Source of the DNA: an uncultured Acidobacteriota bacterium
GTDB taxonomy: Bacteria > Acidobacteriota > Blastocatellia > RBC074
Length of the DNA: 64,000 nucleotides
NCBI GenBank assembly: GCA_963796275.1
Contig: CAWCKY010000002.1
Coordinates: forward strand, 448,001-512,000
Direction: 5' to 3'
Shown here: piece after piece, positions 36,982 through 49,800 of the stretch
Layout of the letters: every line of letters starts with the position of its first letter
Numbering within the stretch: the stretch's first letter is position 1
Position numbers and translations under genes: made by a program
Notes under the pieces: model-generated
The model's database searches: none
What the model saw: only the letters and a program-made list of their open reading frames with translations
Told to the model about the DNA's origin: nothing

Positions 36982-38310
36982 ATGAATGAACCCGCAACTG
37001 ACCTGAGAGTCAGCGACCCTTCTCCGATCGCCAGCGCCGGCTCGCGCGTGCGCTATCGGGTGCTGGCCTTCACCGTGCTGCTCGCCGCGATCACTTACCT
37101 CGATCGGGTATGCATTTCACTCACCGCTCCCGCGATGATGCGCGATCTGAACCTGAGCCAGGTTGAAATGAGTTTCGTATTCAGCGCTTTCACGTTGGCG
37201 TATGGTCTATTCGAGATACCGACCGGGTGGTGGGGCGACCGCGTCGGGACGCGCAGGGTATTGACGCGAATCGTCATGTGGTGGTCAGGCTTCACCATCG
37301 CCACAGCCACGGCCTTCAATTACATTTCGCTGCTCGCGATCCGGTTTCTCTTCGGCGTGGGTGAGGCTGGTGCGTGGCCGAATGCTGCCCGTACTTTCTC
37401 GCGCTGGTTCCCGGCGACCGAGCGCGGAACGGCGCAGGGCATATTTTTTATGGGGGCGCACCTGGGCGGCGGCCTTACTCCCCTGCTCGTCACTGTAATG
37501 CTCGGGGTGATGAATTGGCGCTTTGTTTTCGTGATTTTCGGGGCAGTCGGTATCGTCTGGGCTACTGCGTGGTACCGCTGGTTCCGCGACGACCCTGCGC
37601 AGCACAAGGCTGTCGACCAGCACGAACTCGACCTGATCACTCGGGGTCGGGGCGAACAAGCTGATCACAACCTGAGCCGCAAGGCGTGGAGGCAACTGCT
37701 CACCAGCCGCACTATGATCGCGCTCTGCCTGATGTATTTCACGCAAAGCTACGGTTTCTACTTTTATATCACCTGGCTGCCGACCTACCTGGAGAAGGAG
37801 CGCGGATTCACGAAAGCGAGCCTGGGTCTTTTCGCCGGTCTTCCGCTTCTGCTGAGCGTGCTCGCGGACCTCTTCGGCGGCTTGACTACCGACCGGCTGA
37901 GCAGGCGTTATGGGTTGCGGGTGGGGCGCTGCGGAGTAGGCGGAATTTCACTTCTGTTGGCAGGCCTTTTTTTGATCGCCGGGACAGCGACCGGTCATCC
38001 GTTGCTCTCAGCGCTGTTCATAGCTATCGGAGCAGCTTCATCCAACTTCCTCCTCGGCGCCAGCTGGGGCACCTGCATTGACATCGCGGAAGGGCAAGCG
38101 GGGTTGGTCGGCGCGTGCATGAACACCGCAGGCCAGGTCGGTGGTTTTCTGAGCCCGATAGTTGCGGCTCTGATGGTGGAGCGTTTCGCGAGCTGGGGCA
38201 CGCCGCTTTATGTGGCCGGCCTGCTCTACTTGTTCGGAGCCTGCTGCTGGTTGATCATCGATCCGCGACTTCCGGTATTCTCCCGGCGAGCCCCCGCTTT
38301 TGAACATTGA
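36982..38310 (+). CDS. MFS transporter, anion:cation symporter (sugar-acid) type
   Basis: ITYLDRVCIS, GWWGDRVGTRRV, RFLFGVGEAG, WFPATERG, CMNTAGQVGG. Confidence 0.9.
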   Translation: MNEPATDLRVSDPSPIASAGSRVRYRVLAFTVLLAAITYLDRVCISLTAPAMMRDLNLSQVEMSFVFSAFTLAYGLFEIPTGWWGDRVGTRRVLTRIVMWWSGFTIATATAFNYISLLAIRFLFGVGEAGAWPNAARTFSRWFPATERGTAQGIFFMGAHLGGGLTPLLVTVMLGVMNWRFVFVIFGAVGIVWATAWYRWFRDDPAQHKAVDQHELDLITRGRGEQADHNLSRKAWRQLLTSRTMIALCLMYFTQSYGFYFYITWLPTYLEKERGFTKASLGLFAGLPLLLSVLADLFGGLTTDRLSRRYGLRVGRCGVGGISLLLAGLFLIAGTATGHPLLSALFIAIGAASSNFLLGASWGTCIDIAEGQAGLVGACMNTAGQVGGFLSPIVAALMVERFASWGTPLYVAGLLYLFGACCWLIIDPRLPVFSRRAPAFEH

Positions 38311-38675
38311 ATTGCGATCATTCCTCGCCTAACGCATTCATCGGATCCTATCTGGCCGCCCGTCGCGCATGAAGGCAGTTGGCAAGCAGACCAACCGCCG
38401 CCGAGAAGCTGAAAGAATCGCCGTATTAGCCCCAATGCCGAGCGCCCGGCGATTACCAGTAATCGAGATGGCAAAAACCATATAAATATTTGTTTTGGTA
38501 AAGAGCGGAAAAGAGGGTTTTACCGAGCGCTGTGAGCTGGCGAACGCTAGCCATTAGCATTAGCTCTGTGACAGTTCATGTCCTAAAACGGAGCTACAGC
38601 CACAAAATCAGATGTATCCGATTTTATTGATTACTGCCCTTTTTTCGCGTGACATGGGGGGACTGGTCAGCCGCA

Positions 38676-39914
38676 TCAAAAGGCAATGAGAGAACCCTGG
38701 ACTTCAAACATATCTTTGGGGTCGCTTAGAATTTCGACCTTGCCCGTGATTTCCTCAAGTACAGGTTCAGATACGTACATCTCGCTGAGGTGCAACGTAT
38801 CCGTGATGCGCACTATCTTTTTCCGCTTGTTCGGCTCGTGGCTGGCGCGGATGCCCCATTCAAGTGCCAGCGCGTCTGACGCTGCGACAATCGGTAACTT
38901 GAAGTGGGAATAAAATCCGCTGGTGATTCCATTGGTATAAGTCACGTCCCAATCTACTTTGTCGACCAGCCGTTTGGTAGTCACATCCGCCAGGCCGATC
39001 CCGCAGGCATTGCCATGCGATGCTTCCGTCAGGTCCGTGACGACGATCGATTTGATTTTGGGCGACACCGGATCCGCCTCACCGCGGATTTCCATGCGTC
39101 CGATGATATTCGGATCCATGCCTGAACCGCTGATGTCTTTACCTAAACGATCTACCACCAGCACGTCAATTTCATTGAGTGGAAAGGATGGGAGCATACG
39201 TTTAGCCATATTCAGCAATTCCGGCTCGCGCGCCAGTATCTCTGGTGGCGTGAGGGCTTCGATGATCGCGGTCTCATCATAAGCGTTTTCGACTATGCCA
39301 AGACCCAGAAGAATTTTGCCGGTCTCGAGGATCCGTTTTCCGGCGAGCGGCATGAGCGTCTTCAAGCCGTAGATGCCGTAGCCATGTAGCTCCGATGCCA
39401 GACGTTTCTTTCCCAATCCGATCACGCACATTTTCACCAAACCGCTTTCATAATCACCGTGAAAAGCCGTGTGCGGCTTGATGCGATTGATGAGGATTAC
39501 CCCGTCCGACTCAAAGGCGTACCTATCCATAAATAACGGCAACTCCAGGCCGCCATTATCAAGTTCTACAACTTCCATCGAAGAGCGAATCGGACAGCCC
39601 ATGGCGTCTTCTGTGATGCCATAAGAAGCGAGTATCTCGCTCTGCCCTTCTGCGGTGGCGCCGCCATGACTTCCCATAGCCGGGAAGATAAAAGGATCCC
39701 CGCCCATGGCTTTAATCGCGGAGGCAGCGGCCCTGGCGATGCGACCGATGTTCGATATGCCGCGACTACCGGCCGCGATGGCGATGCGCGCACCCGGCTT
39801 GATCTTCAATTTGCCGGAATTGAGCTGTTTGGTTACGGCTTGCTCAATATCGAGAACTGCCTGTCGGTCAAACTGCTGTCTGATCTTGGTGAATTGGTAT
39901 TTAGTCATTTTCAA
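38676..39914 (-). CDS. Lactate racemase (LarA/DUF2088)-like protein
   Basis: AGSRGI, PAMGSHGGATAEGQ, NRIKPHT, SGLVKMCVIGLGK, GKDISGSGMDPNIIGR, SHGNACGIG. Confidence 0.8.
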   Translation of the reverse strand: MKMTKYQFTKIRQQFDRQAVLDIEQAVTKQLNSGKLKIKPGARIAIAAGSRGISNIGRIARAAASAIKAMGGDPFIFPAMGSHGGATAEGQSEILASYGITEDAMGCPIRSSMEVVELDNGGLELPLFMDRYAFESDGVILINRIKPHTAFHGDYESGLVKMCVIGLGKKRLASELHGYGIYGLKTLMPLAGKRILETGKILLGLGIVENAYDETAIIEALTPPEILAREPELLNMAKRMLPSFPLNEIDVLVVDRLGKDISGSGMDPNIIGRMEIRGEADPVSPKIKSIVVTDLTEASHGNACGIGLADVTTKRLVDKVDWDVTYTNGITSGFYSHFKLPIVAASDALALEWGIRASHEPNKRKKIVRITDTLHLSEMYVSEPVLEEITGKVEILSDPKDMFEVQGSLIAF

Positions 39915-40023
39915 TAATCTCCACAGACAGGAAAATGTGAAACACTAGAATAAGACATCTCATTATGAGTCAAGTCAAGATATTTTTGCTTTTCTGTTGA
40001 GCCCTTACTTATGATTTCTCTCT

Positions 40024-41692
40024 TCAGTGTTCCATCGGGAAACCGAATGCGTAGAAGACGCTATCGTGATCTCCCACGTATATCTGACCAACGCCGCCCG
40101 ACAAGGCGGCCCCGCGCGTAAACGAGGTGATCGTCGATCCGCTGTTCCACAATTCTTTACCGGTCGTACCATCGAGCGCATATAGCACTGCGCCTGACGA
40201 TCGCTGCGCGCGCTTTGCCCGCGTCAGCCTGCTTTCGCTCGAACGGAACTCGCCGCTCGACGTGACGAAAACCACATCGTTGATAATTGTAGGAGGCAAT
40301 GGCGAAACAAGATCGCGCGATCTCCAACCCTGCTGCAAGATCAGGCATGCCATTCTGCTCGACGACCTTCCATGCAACGATTGCGCCGCGGTTTGCCGCG
40401 CCGGCGGCGGCATCAGCAGATTGTGCGCCCGCGGCCGGCGCGAGAATCCATCGCGTGCCGCTCGCCTCCTGCCAACTTGAAAGCGCGCCCGGCACGTACT
40501 CCGCCGCCTTCCCTTCGGCCGGCGTGATATGAAAGGGCTTCGGATTAGCTCCGCTTTCCCCCTTTATCATTCCCCCGCTGTCCAGCAGATGAATGCGCCC
40601 ATCTGTGGTGGTCGCAGCGATCAGTGTTTTTGTTTTATATTTGAAAATGATCGGCGAAGATGAGAACCCCTGATCCCCAGCCAGATACCGGCCTTTCACC
40701 TCGAGAGTCTTAGGATCAAGCGCAACCAGGGAGTTGGGTGATTGCCCTCCGTTTCCCGTCGCCACAAATAGGGTACCGTCATCATCAAAAGCGGGCCCCG
40801 CCGAACCCATAACATTGCCCTTCCACGTTGTTACTCGCTTTGAAGTAATATCAAGCGCCCAGACGCCATTCGGCGTTCCGCCGCAATTTCCCTCGGTAAC
40901 GACATATGCCATGTTATCAATGACAATCAGACCCTGCGCGTTAGCATTGGGAGGCAAAAATTTGACTGGCGGTTGATAATCGGCGCCATTCGACAGGTGC
41001 ATGATGTGCAGCCTGCCATCGCTCGAAAGAGCGTAGATGAGATACGGCCCGCGTCGCGATTGGCTGCTCGGTGGCGCCGGGGCAGGGCCGGCAGGACGAG
41101 CAGTGGGAGTGCCTTGAGCTCCGGGGCGTGTCGCCACAGATCTGAGAGTGACCGCGCCCTGACCGGGCTCTCCGACCGAACTGCGAGCGGGGCCACTCCG
41201 CCCAGATCCACTTCCCACACCACCAATCAGCGACGATATCGTGGTTTCGGTCGGGCGCGTCACATTCGCAGTCATTCCGCCGGGACATGCAGGCGTCGGC
41301 TTTTCCGACAGCGCCGCGGATGTCAGCTTTTTCTCCCATTCAATCCGGCCGAGGTCGGTATCGATCACAAAAATATTGTCCGCACTGCCCCCCAGAAAAC
41401 CCAACATGCGAAATCCGCGATAACCGATCAATCGTTCCATCAGCGCCGGAGGCGTCAAAGAGTTCAATCCGTTCGACTCGTTCTTGAGGTTGAGCTTCCA
41501 CAGGAACTGGAAGCCCGGCTGCTGCATAGTCTCCTTCGATATCTTGGCATCGGCCTTCACCCATGATGAACGTTGCGCATCCGAATTGCTCGTCATCCAA
41601 TCAGTGGCGCCTCGCCCTTGAGCTATAACAGCATCCTCCCAGCTGACTTGACAGCTTATAATGAAGACGACTACAGCAGCCAGTTTTTTCAT
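40024..41692 (-). pseudogene. PQQ-binding-like beta-propeller protein, frameshifted at about 40343 (possible sequence error)
   Basis: ORF 41692-40157 continues in ORF 40413-40024 ([13 protein letters not shown]...[16 protein letters not shown]...YAFGFPMEH); removing one base restores a single ORF. Confidence 0.75.
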
Positions 41693-41769
41693 CGTGGAAT
41701 CTCCTCGGATTATAGTTTCAATACTGAAAATGGATTACCCAGCAAATGCTCCGGTCGGCGACGATCGAA

Positions 41770-41975
41770 AGCCGGGTGATGACAAGGCAAAACCCCTGGT
41801 TGCATCTCCCGAATAGTATGGCATCTTCAAGGGATACGAGATCGATCGTTGCCACATTTTTCAAGGATGATCTCGCATCCTTTCAACTTTAAGGATGCAA
41901 CACAATATCGAACTGCTCCAGGGGCTTTCGCTGTTCTCCAACCCGAGGGGTCGCTGCAACCCCTCGGCTATTTTC
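41770..41975. repeat. Degenerate REP-like palindrome cluster
   Basis: CCCCTGG/CCAGGGG, GCATCC...GGATGC and CCGAGGGG...CCCCTCGG inverted repeats. Confidence 0.55.
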
Positions 41976-41986
41976 TCCAATTATCT

Positions 41987-42232
41987 GAAGACTGTGCAAA
42001 TAAAAGTTAATTGGAATCAGCATTTTCGGACCTGAGCGCCAGCGGCGCGGGATGTTTTATAGTATTCGATCACCAAAGTCTCACGAGCTCCGGAGGAGCG
42101 ATATGCTGGCATTCATATGTCGCTACTCCGGAGCCCAGGTTATGGTTAGGATCGTGAGCTATAGAAATTACGCTCCTCCGGCGCTGAGATGCGAGACTAT
42201 TGATTCTGTTGGATTTAAGTTGCACACGCTTC
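41987..42232. mobile_element. MITE copy 1 (246 bp) carrying GCTCCGGAGGAGC-type REPs
   Basis: TIRs GAAGACTGTGCAA / TTGCACACGCTTC; perfect 8-bp flanking direct repeat AATTATCT (41979-41986, 42233-42240); inverted homolog at 60962. Confidence 0.85.
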
Positions 42233-42297
42233 AATTATCTAGATAGCTTAACAAAGCTTGTTTCTCCGATGCCAGTTCTCCGATAACAGCGTTAACA

Positions 42298-45200
42298 TTA
42301 CCAGATCAGTTTCAAACCAAGCTGGATGGTACGACCGTTTGCTACCGATGTGATCGTCCCGCCAGCATTATCGCTTATGTTACCGTTAGGCAACCCGAAG
42401 TTAGCGCGGTTTGCGATATTGAAGAACTCCGTCCGAAATTGCAGGTTGATCCGCTCCGTCAGACGGTTATTTTTGCTCACGCTGAAGTCGAAATTATTGA
42501 AGCCCGGCCCGTCCAGAATGTTGCGCGATGCATTCCCCTGCGTACCGCGAGCCGGCTGCGCGAAGGCGTTCAGATCGAACCAGCGGGTAGGAGTCGGGTT
42601 CTCCAGCCTGCCGTCACCGATGATATTCGCATATTGCGGTATGAAGGAACCGGTGTTGTGCACATTCGCCGCCGTGACCGAGAAGGGGGGACCTGATGCC
42701 AGAGACAGAATCCCCTGGATATTCCAGCCGCCGGCGAGGAGCCCTTTCGCGCCGCGGACGCCGGACAGATATTTGCGGCCAGGGCCGAAAGGCAGCTCAT
42801 ATCCGAAACTCGTCGCGATGCGGTGGCGCTGATCGAATCGCGAGCGGCTGCGATCCAGCCGTTTGTTATGCCGGTCGCGCGTATCATTCGCCTCTACTTC
42901 GCCCGAGTTGTTGTCGATCGATTTGGCGAAGGTATAACCCGACAAGAAGAACAATCCGTTGGCATACCGCTTCTCGACCTTCACGAAACCGCCGTTGTAA
43001 TTCCCGTTTGCATCATTGGCCGATGTGAGAATGCCTGCATCGAACTGCGGGTATGGCAGACGGTTCTGCAGAGGAATCGTGTTGGTCGGATCGAACTCCG
43101 CCTGATTCTGATTGTATCGCTTCCAGAGTTTGTGGCTGTTGCTGCCCGAATAGCCGACTTCGAGCAGCCAGTTCTTTCCGAACCGATGCTGTATATTGAG
43201 ATTGTACTCCAACACATAGGGAGTACGGTTGTTCAGGATCCACCGAGAAGGGCGCGGGAAAGCGGGTGATCTCATTTAGACTGGGGAATAGATTGTCGGC
43301 GAAGATGTCCGGGCTCTGTCCGTTGCCGATCAATGTGAAGTTGGCGTAGAAAGGCGCCACCAGCCGCGTGAACTGCAGCTCGTTCAGATTGACGTTGTCA
43401 TAGAAGACGCCGAACCCCGCGCGAATGACCGTATTTTCTCCCAGCGGGCGCCACGCCAGACCGACGCGCGGAGCCAAGTTATTCCTATCCGGTTGGAGAA
43501 TGCCAGCCGGAACTACCCCCTCTCTTGTGTTGTAAAGTCCATTCAGGGCGGGCGGAATGCCGGCCGGAAGCTTGTTGTAAGTGATCAGCCCTGTGGTCGG
43601 ATCGAAGAAACCTTCCTGATTGCTCTGCTCATGCCATGGAGCCCCGTATTCATAGCGCAATCCGAGATTGAGTGTAAGCCGCTGATTTACCCTCCAGTCT
43701 TCCTGCACAAACAATCCGAGAAAATTGGAGCGGTAATTGGAACGCGAACTGCCGGCAGCTCCACCGGCAGTACTGGGGATTCCCAGGAGATAGTCGGCGA
43801 TGGGGTTCCCGGTATACTGTCCGTTGAAAGTGAATGCGCCGCGAGGTGGAACCTCGGTGATATGGAAGAATCGGCGGTGCTGCAATTCCACTCCGACCTT
43901 GAGAGTGTGGCTTCCAAACACCCGGCTCAGGTTATCGGCCACCGTGTATATGTTCTCGATCGAACCCTGAGTGATGCCGCCGTTACCCGGATTTGAGAAA
44001 CCGGTAATGGTAACTGCGGGAACTCCGAAGTTTATGGGGTCTGTGCTCCCGGCCAGATTCCTGATCCCCAACTCCTGGACGGGATTCCCGCCCGGGTTGA
44101 TCGGTAGAATAAAGTGAATCGCACGGTTGTAACCCACTTTGAATTCGTTGACGAGGTTCGGAGTAACCGTAAGAGTGCTCTGCACCGATACATTTTGCCC
44201 ACTTTGTGGATTGTCGGTGTCCGTGAAATTCCCCGGCGTGATCCGGCTTCCTTCATACCAGACGTAGCGTTCGAACAGGGTATGGCGCTGGGACAGATTC
44301 TGATCAAAACGACTCGTCACAGAATCATATGAGTCGAGGAAATTCGCGACCCGGCGATAGTTGTTCCTGTCGGCATTGTTGGGCGCGGGGAAATATTTGT
44401 TATAACCCTTCGCGAACCTCGATATCCGACTGTCCGGTATTCGCCCGAGTACACCCCCATCCTGAAAACAACCGCTCGTATCGCCACTCGAACAGGGCAA
44501 TCCCGATGCAGTATCCTTTATCAGCGTGGAAACCGACGACAGGTCTCCGGTCAGCAACGTTGGATTCATTACAGTGCCGAACAAGGTTCTGCCCTGTGTT
44601 TCTCGCAATCCCTCAAAAGCGCCAAAGAAGAACGCTTTCCCACGGATGATTGGCCCACCGGCGGTGACTCCGAATTGATTGCGGCGAAACTCGGGCCTCT
44701 GCGCGTCAAAGAATTTACGGGCATCCATGTTGTCGTTGCGGAGAAATTCGTAGACGGTCCCGTGAATCTCATTCGAGCCCGAACGGGTGACCGCAGTCAC
44801 CACCGACTGCCCCTGACCGAACTCGGCCGAGAAGGAGTTGCGGTTGACTTTGAATTCCTGTATCGCGTCGATATTGAGCTGCAGCGATAGATTGTTGAAG
44901 CGCAATGAACGAGCCATGACGCCATCGATCAGGTAATTGGTCGAAGAATCGCGCCCGCCTTCGACTGTGATGTACTGATCACGCCCGCCGTACTGTGTCC
45001 CGCGCTCAAACGACTTGGGTGAGATGCCGGCTGAGATTGCGGCCAACTGCGTCAGATTGCGGCCATTGAGCGGCAGCTCTCTCACGCGCTGCGAATCGAT
45101 GACCTGTCCCAGAGCTGATGTATCGGTCTCCAGCAGCGCCGACCCGCCGGTGACGGTGACGGATTCAGTTATGGCGCCGACCTGGAGGCGGACTTCTAGA

Positions 45201-45529
45201 CGAGCCACCTGGTTTATCTTCAATTCCAGGCTTTCCACCAGATACGAGCGGAAACCCTGTTTCTCCACCTTGATGTCATAGACTGCGGGCAATAAACCGG
45301 GAAACGAGAACTCTCCCGTCTCGTTGCTGGTGACCGTGCGCTGGGCCCCGGTAGCCCGATTTGTTATGGTAATGGATGAACTGGGGATGCCTGATCCACC
45401 TTCTTCTTTTACTACGCCAACCACGCTCCCGGTGGTAAGTTCCTGCGCTGACGCGATCGGACAATTCCAAATCACAGCAAGCGGAAACAGCAGCAGACAA
45501 AAAATCATCTTGCTTTTGATCGGATGCAT
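42298..45529 (-). pseudogene. Oar-type TonB-dependent receptor, frameshifted at about 43235 (possible sequence error)
   Basis: ORF 45529-43013 (ELPLNGRN, RSGSNEIHG, LAPRVGLAW) continues in ORF 43275-42298 (RTPYVLEYNL...QLGLKLIW). Confidence 0.8.
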
Positions 45530-45845
45530 AACCTCTCCATTAGTTGATGGGTTGTGGGCAAAAAACGAGCGTCCTCGTGATGATCACAGACGCACGCGTG
45601 CGAATCATCGTTTTAGGTTCGGAATACATCCCAGCATTTTTGGCAGTGTGATATCTGGTGATTTCGATATCGCGCGGATTCTACACCGTTATAAAATTTA
45701 AAACAATATTATAAGATGATCTAGATATCGGATGATCTTTCAGGAAGGCAAAGAGGGCACAGCGTGTGTGTGCAAGGCGGCTGGAGGGCTTAGGGGCGCC
45801 ATCGATCTTTAAACGCTCACTCTAAATACTTGGGGTGGAGCACGA

Positions 45846-46016
45846 TTAAAGTCTTAGTAAGCGAAAGGCCCAGAGGCAGAGAGCGCCCGCGGCAAGAGTA
45901 ATCGCGATGTACCATGGGTCCTTCGCCAGGGCAGCACCTTCCTCGATGATGCGCCAGATGTGCGCCACAACGAGCAGACCGAACACAGCACCCGTTGTCA
46001 TAATATACGCCTTCAT
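45846..46016 (-). CDS. Small 2-TM membrane protein (56 aa)
   Basis: GGAGG RBS; MKAYIMTTGAVFGLLVVAHIWRI...DPWYIAITLAAGALCLWAFRLL. Confidence 0.7.
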   Translation of the reverse strand: MKAYIMTTGAVFGLLVVAHIWRIIEEGAALAKDPWYIAITLAAGALCLWAFRLLRL

Positions 46017-46867
46017 GAATTCCTCCACTTTACTAAGTGTTGCGTCGATCTTCTTTGTTCGCGAAGCAAAATTATTGACCTTACTGCTTCCTCAGCGGCC
46101 TCTTCCTTTATACAGACATTTAGAACGGCCGCGAGACGCGATAGATGATGCTCTCATGTTCACAAATCGCAATGTATTCTGCTGGAAAGCCCAGCCTTGC
46201 TGCATGAACGACGCTGTTTTATCAATGGTCGGACAAATTCGCTTGTGCTCGGCGCAAGTCCTGGGTTAGATTACGGCCTAAATAATATGCAATTTAAAAT
46301 TGGTTGTTATCAATTGCTTCTGAGCGGCTCAGGAAAGCTCGAAGTTTATGCTCCGTAGTTTATTACATTGATGGAAATATTCGTTTCTCTAAAAGCTTCG
46401 AAGGAACTCCATTCGCTAGATAAATGTCGATCCCACGAGCTCGCCAGATTGGATGATCGAGTACTATAAATAACTCGCACTGGCGCTCAATGCTGAAACC
46501 GTTGATTCCAGCGGCATTTAATTTGTTTTTGCATTCTATATCTACAGAAGTATCCTACACTAGCTAGTTTATTTTTTGGTACTCATAGGTTGGCTTTTGA
46601 ACCTTCTTCATCAATCACTGTCTTATCGTGATTGTAAGTATCAGTTCTATATCAATTATAGAAATAGAAATCGATGTGCCCACTAACGTGATCGCTGAAG
46701 TGGTGCAGGATTCACATCTATAAATTAACGCCCATGTTCGTGAAGAGTCTCTGGGGTTGATATGTCGCTACCCAACAGTGACGTCGTATAACAACCCCGC
46801 CGGCAGATTTGTATCTTAAGCCGGTTGTGCAGTGTCAAAAATTTCCATCACCGAAGGAGCTAATCGT

Positions 46868-49800
46868 ATGTCTTCTCCATACGTTCCCGCGGTTCTCCGC
46901 TCATGCGCAACTTTATCGCCAATCGCTCGCAATATTTCCCAAACGACCTGGCGTTTATTGTTAATGCTGGTTCTACAGATATTTCTATCTTCGTTTACGC
47001 CGGCCTGGTGCCAAAGCACCAGTGCAGCAATAAGCGGAGTCGTCACGGATCCGAAGGGAGCGGCGATAGTCGATGCGGAGGTCACTATTAAATTGATCGA
47101 CGCTTCTTTTACTCGCAAAGTTAACACGGACAGCGAGGGCCTGTTTGCATTCCCCAATATTCAACAAGGGGCTTACGAGCTGGAAATCAGCGCTGTGGGA
47201 TTTAAAGTGCTCACTCAGCGAAATATCGTCATCCGACAATATGAACAAGTCCGGATGCCGGTGCGTCTGGAGGTGGGGGAGGTCGGAGAACGAGTTGACG
47301 TATCGGCGGCCGTGTCGCAGTTGAATGTCGAAACGCCGGAGGTTAAAGGAACCATCTCGCGCACTGAAATTGAGCAACTGCCGCTCCAGGTAGCCGGCGC
47401 TCAGCGATCGGCAGCGCAATTTGCCACGTTACTTCCCGGCGTGACGCCCGGCGGCGGCCAAACTGATGCGGGCAATGCAAGGTTCAACGGTGGGCAACGC
47501 AACTCCGACGAAGCGATTCTCGACGGCGTGACGATGCAGGAAGGCTTATTGAACCAGAGCGGAATGATCGCAATTCAGAGCGATTTTCCGATTGCTCCCG
47601 AAGCGGTGAACGAGATATCGGTCATCACCTCCAACTACGATGTTCAGTACGGGTCTTCGGCCGGTGCCGTCATCATTGCCAGCACGAAAAGCGGCACCAA
47701 CGACTTTCACGGCGGGGGCTATTCCTATCACCGGAACACCGCGTTCAATGCCGCCCCCTGGGGCCAGCAGCGTCCTCGTATTCAGCAGACGGACTACGGT
47801 TTCTATCTGGGTGGGCCCGTCAAGTTGCGTGGTCTGTGGAATAGCAAAGTAAAGACATATTTCTTCGGGCATATGGAGCGTTTCCGTTCTGTGGGCGCGA
47901 CTACCAAGCCCGTATTAACCCTGCCTACAGCGAAGATGAGACAGGGCGACTTCAGTGAATGGCCGAATCCCATCTACGATCCGAACACCCTACGTGAAAA
48001 TCCGAACTACAATCCGAACATTGAAGTAGGCCCCACAAATTTGCCGTATTTGCGCGACCAGTTCATGGGGTGCGATGGAAACCAACCAAACGTCATCTGC
48101 CAAAACGATCCGCGCCTGGGTAACGCACTAGCGCAGGCCTGGTTCAAGCTTCTGCCGATGCCGAATCGCCCGGGCGTGGTCGCGAATTACGAAGCCCCGG
48201 TAGGACTCGCAAGTTCGCTGAACGCAAATACGAACCAATATGATGCCCGGGGCGACGCATACATCGGCCAAAACGATCACATCTCGGGAACTTATCATTA
48301 CCGCGGGACGTTACCGTTCACTCAGGCAGTTCTTCCGCCGGCGCTCGACACGAACAATACGCGCATTCCCAACTATTCTCACATAGCCCGCGTAAATTGG
48401 GATCACACCTTCTCGCCCACATTGGTCAATAACTTCAACATCGGCTATCTTGATTTACCCACGAATCTCTTCAATTCAAGCGATTGCTGCGTGAATGACG
48501 TTCCGCAAATCAGCGGCGTCTATTCGAACGAGCACGTGCCGCAGATAAGATTCTCCGATCAATACAGCGGATACGGAGGCAACGGGGATTTTTTTACAAC
48601 GCGTCCCACCTGGTCGATCAACAATACAATTACCTGGATCAGAGGCAGGCATCAGTTGAAGATCGGCGGGGAGTGGCGAAGCGTGAAGTACCCGACGTCA
48701 ACTGAGGCCAACGGCTCCGGCACTTTCAACTTTGACCGGGGCGCCACCAGCGTTCGCGGAATTGCCAGCGGTAATCCGATGGCAAGCTTCCTGTTGGGCG
48801 CTGTCTCGAATGCTTCCGTGACATATTACAGTCTGCCGGAATGGAGTCCGACCGGTTATTCGGTGGGCCTGTTTATCGGGGATCAGTGGAAGGTCAATAA
48901 CCGATTGAACGTGACGATGGGTGTGCGTTGGGACCTATATGTTCCATCCATGGAGGAGCAGGATCGAACATCCTTTTTCGATCCGTATGGCCCCAATCCC
49001 GGTGCGGGAGGAAGGCCGGGGAGAATGGTGTTTGCCGGCGATCAGCACGGCGATGCGAGCTTCGGCAAGAGATATCCCGAGGAGCTTTTCAAGCGAGCAT
49101 TCGCTCCGCGCATCGGAATTGCCTATACGCCAAACGACAAAACAGTGGTCCGGGCAGGTTACGGCATCTTTTTCATGCAGAACTTCTATCCAGGATGGAA
49201 CGGCGGTATCGCCACCGATGGATTCAATTTCACGGCAACGTTCAATTCGCAGCTCGGAGGGTTGGAGCCGGCATTCCTCCTGCAGAATGGTGTCCCTCAG
49301 ACTTTCGAGAAGCCGCCCTTCACTACGACGACCTACCTCAATGGTCTCAACGCTCCAAACTACCGTCCGTTTGACGGCAACCAACTCCCATACGCTCAGC
49401 AGTGGAATCTGACTATCGAGCAGCGACTGGGCGAGTCGACTTATATCTCAAGCGCCTATGTAGGTAATAAGGGAACCCGATTACTCTCGAATATAGCGGG
49501 TATAAATGCCGTTGATCCACAATATTTATCCCTGGGCGAACGGTTGAACGATCAATTTCAGCCTGGTCAGACGGTGTTGAATGGCGTGCCGATTCCGTAC
49601 GTCGGCTGGCAAGAACAGATGCGAGGTTGTCCTCCATCTGTGGCGCAGGCGCTTAGGCCGTTCCCGCAATATTGCAACTCGATCTTTGGCCAGAACGAGA
49701 ACGTGGGAAACTCGACCTATCATGCATTTCAACTGAAGGTAGAGCGACGGCTGTCGCATGGGTTGTTTTTCCTGGGCTCGTATACCTGGTCCAAAACTCT

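Noticed and set aside
42052-42246. 64-aa ORF inside MITE copy 1
   Set aside because: Built from REP palindromes, with no transposase motifs.
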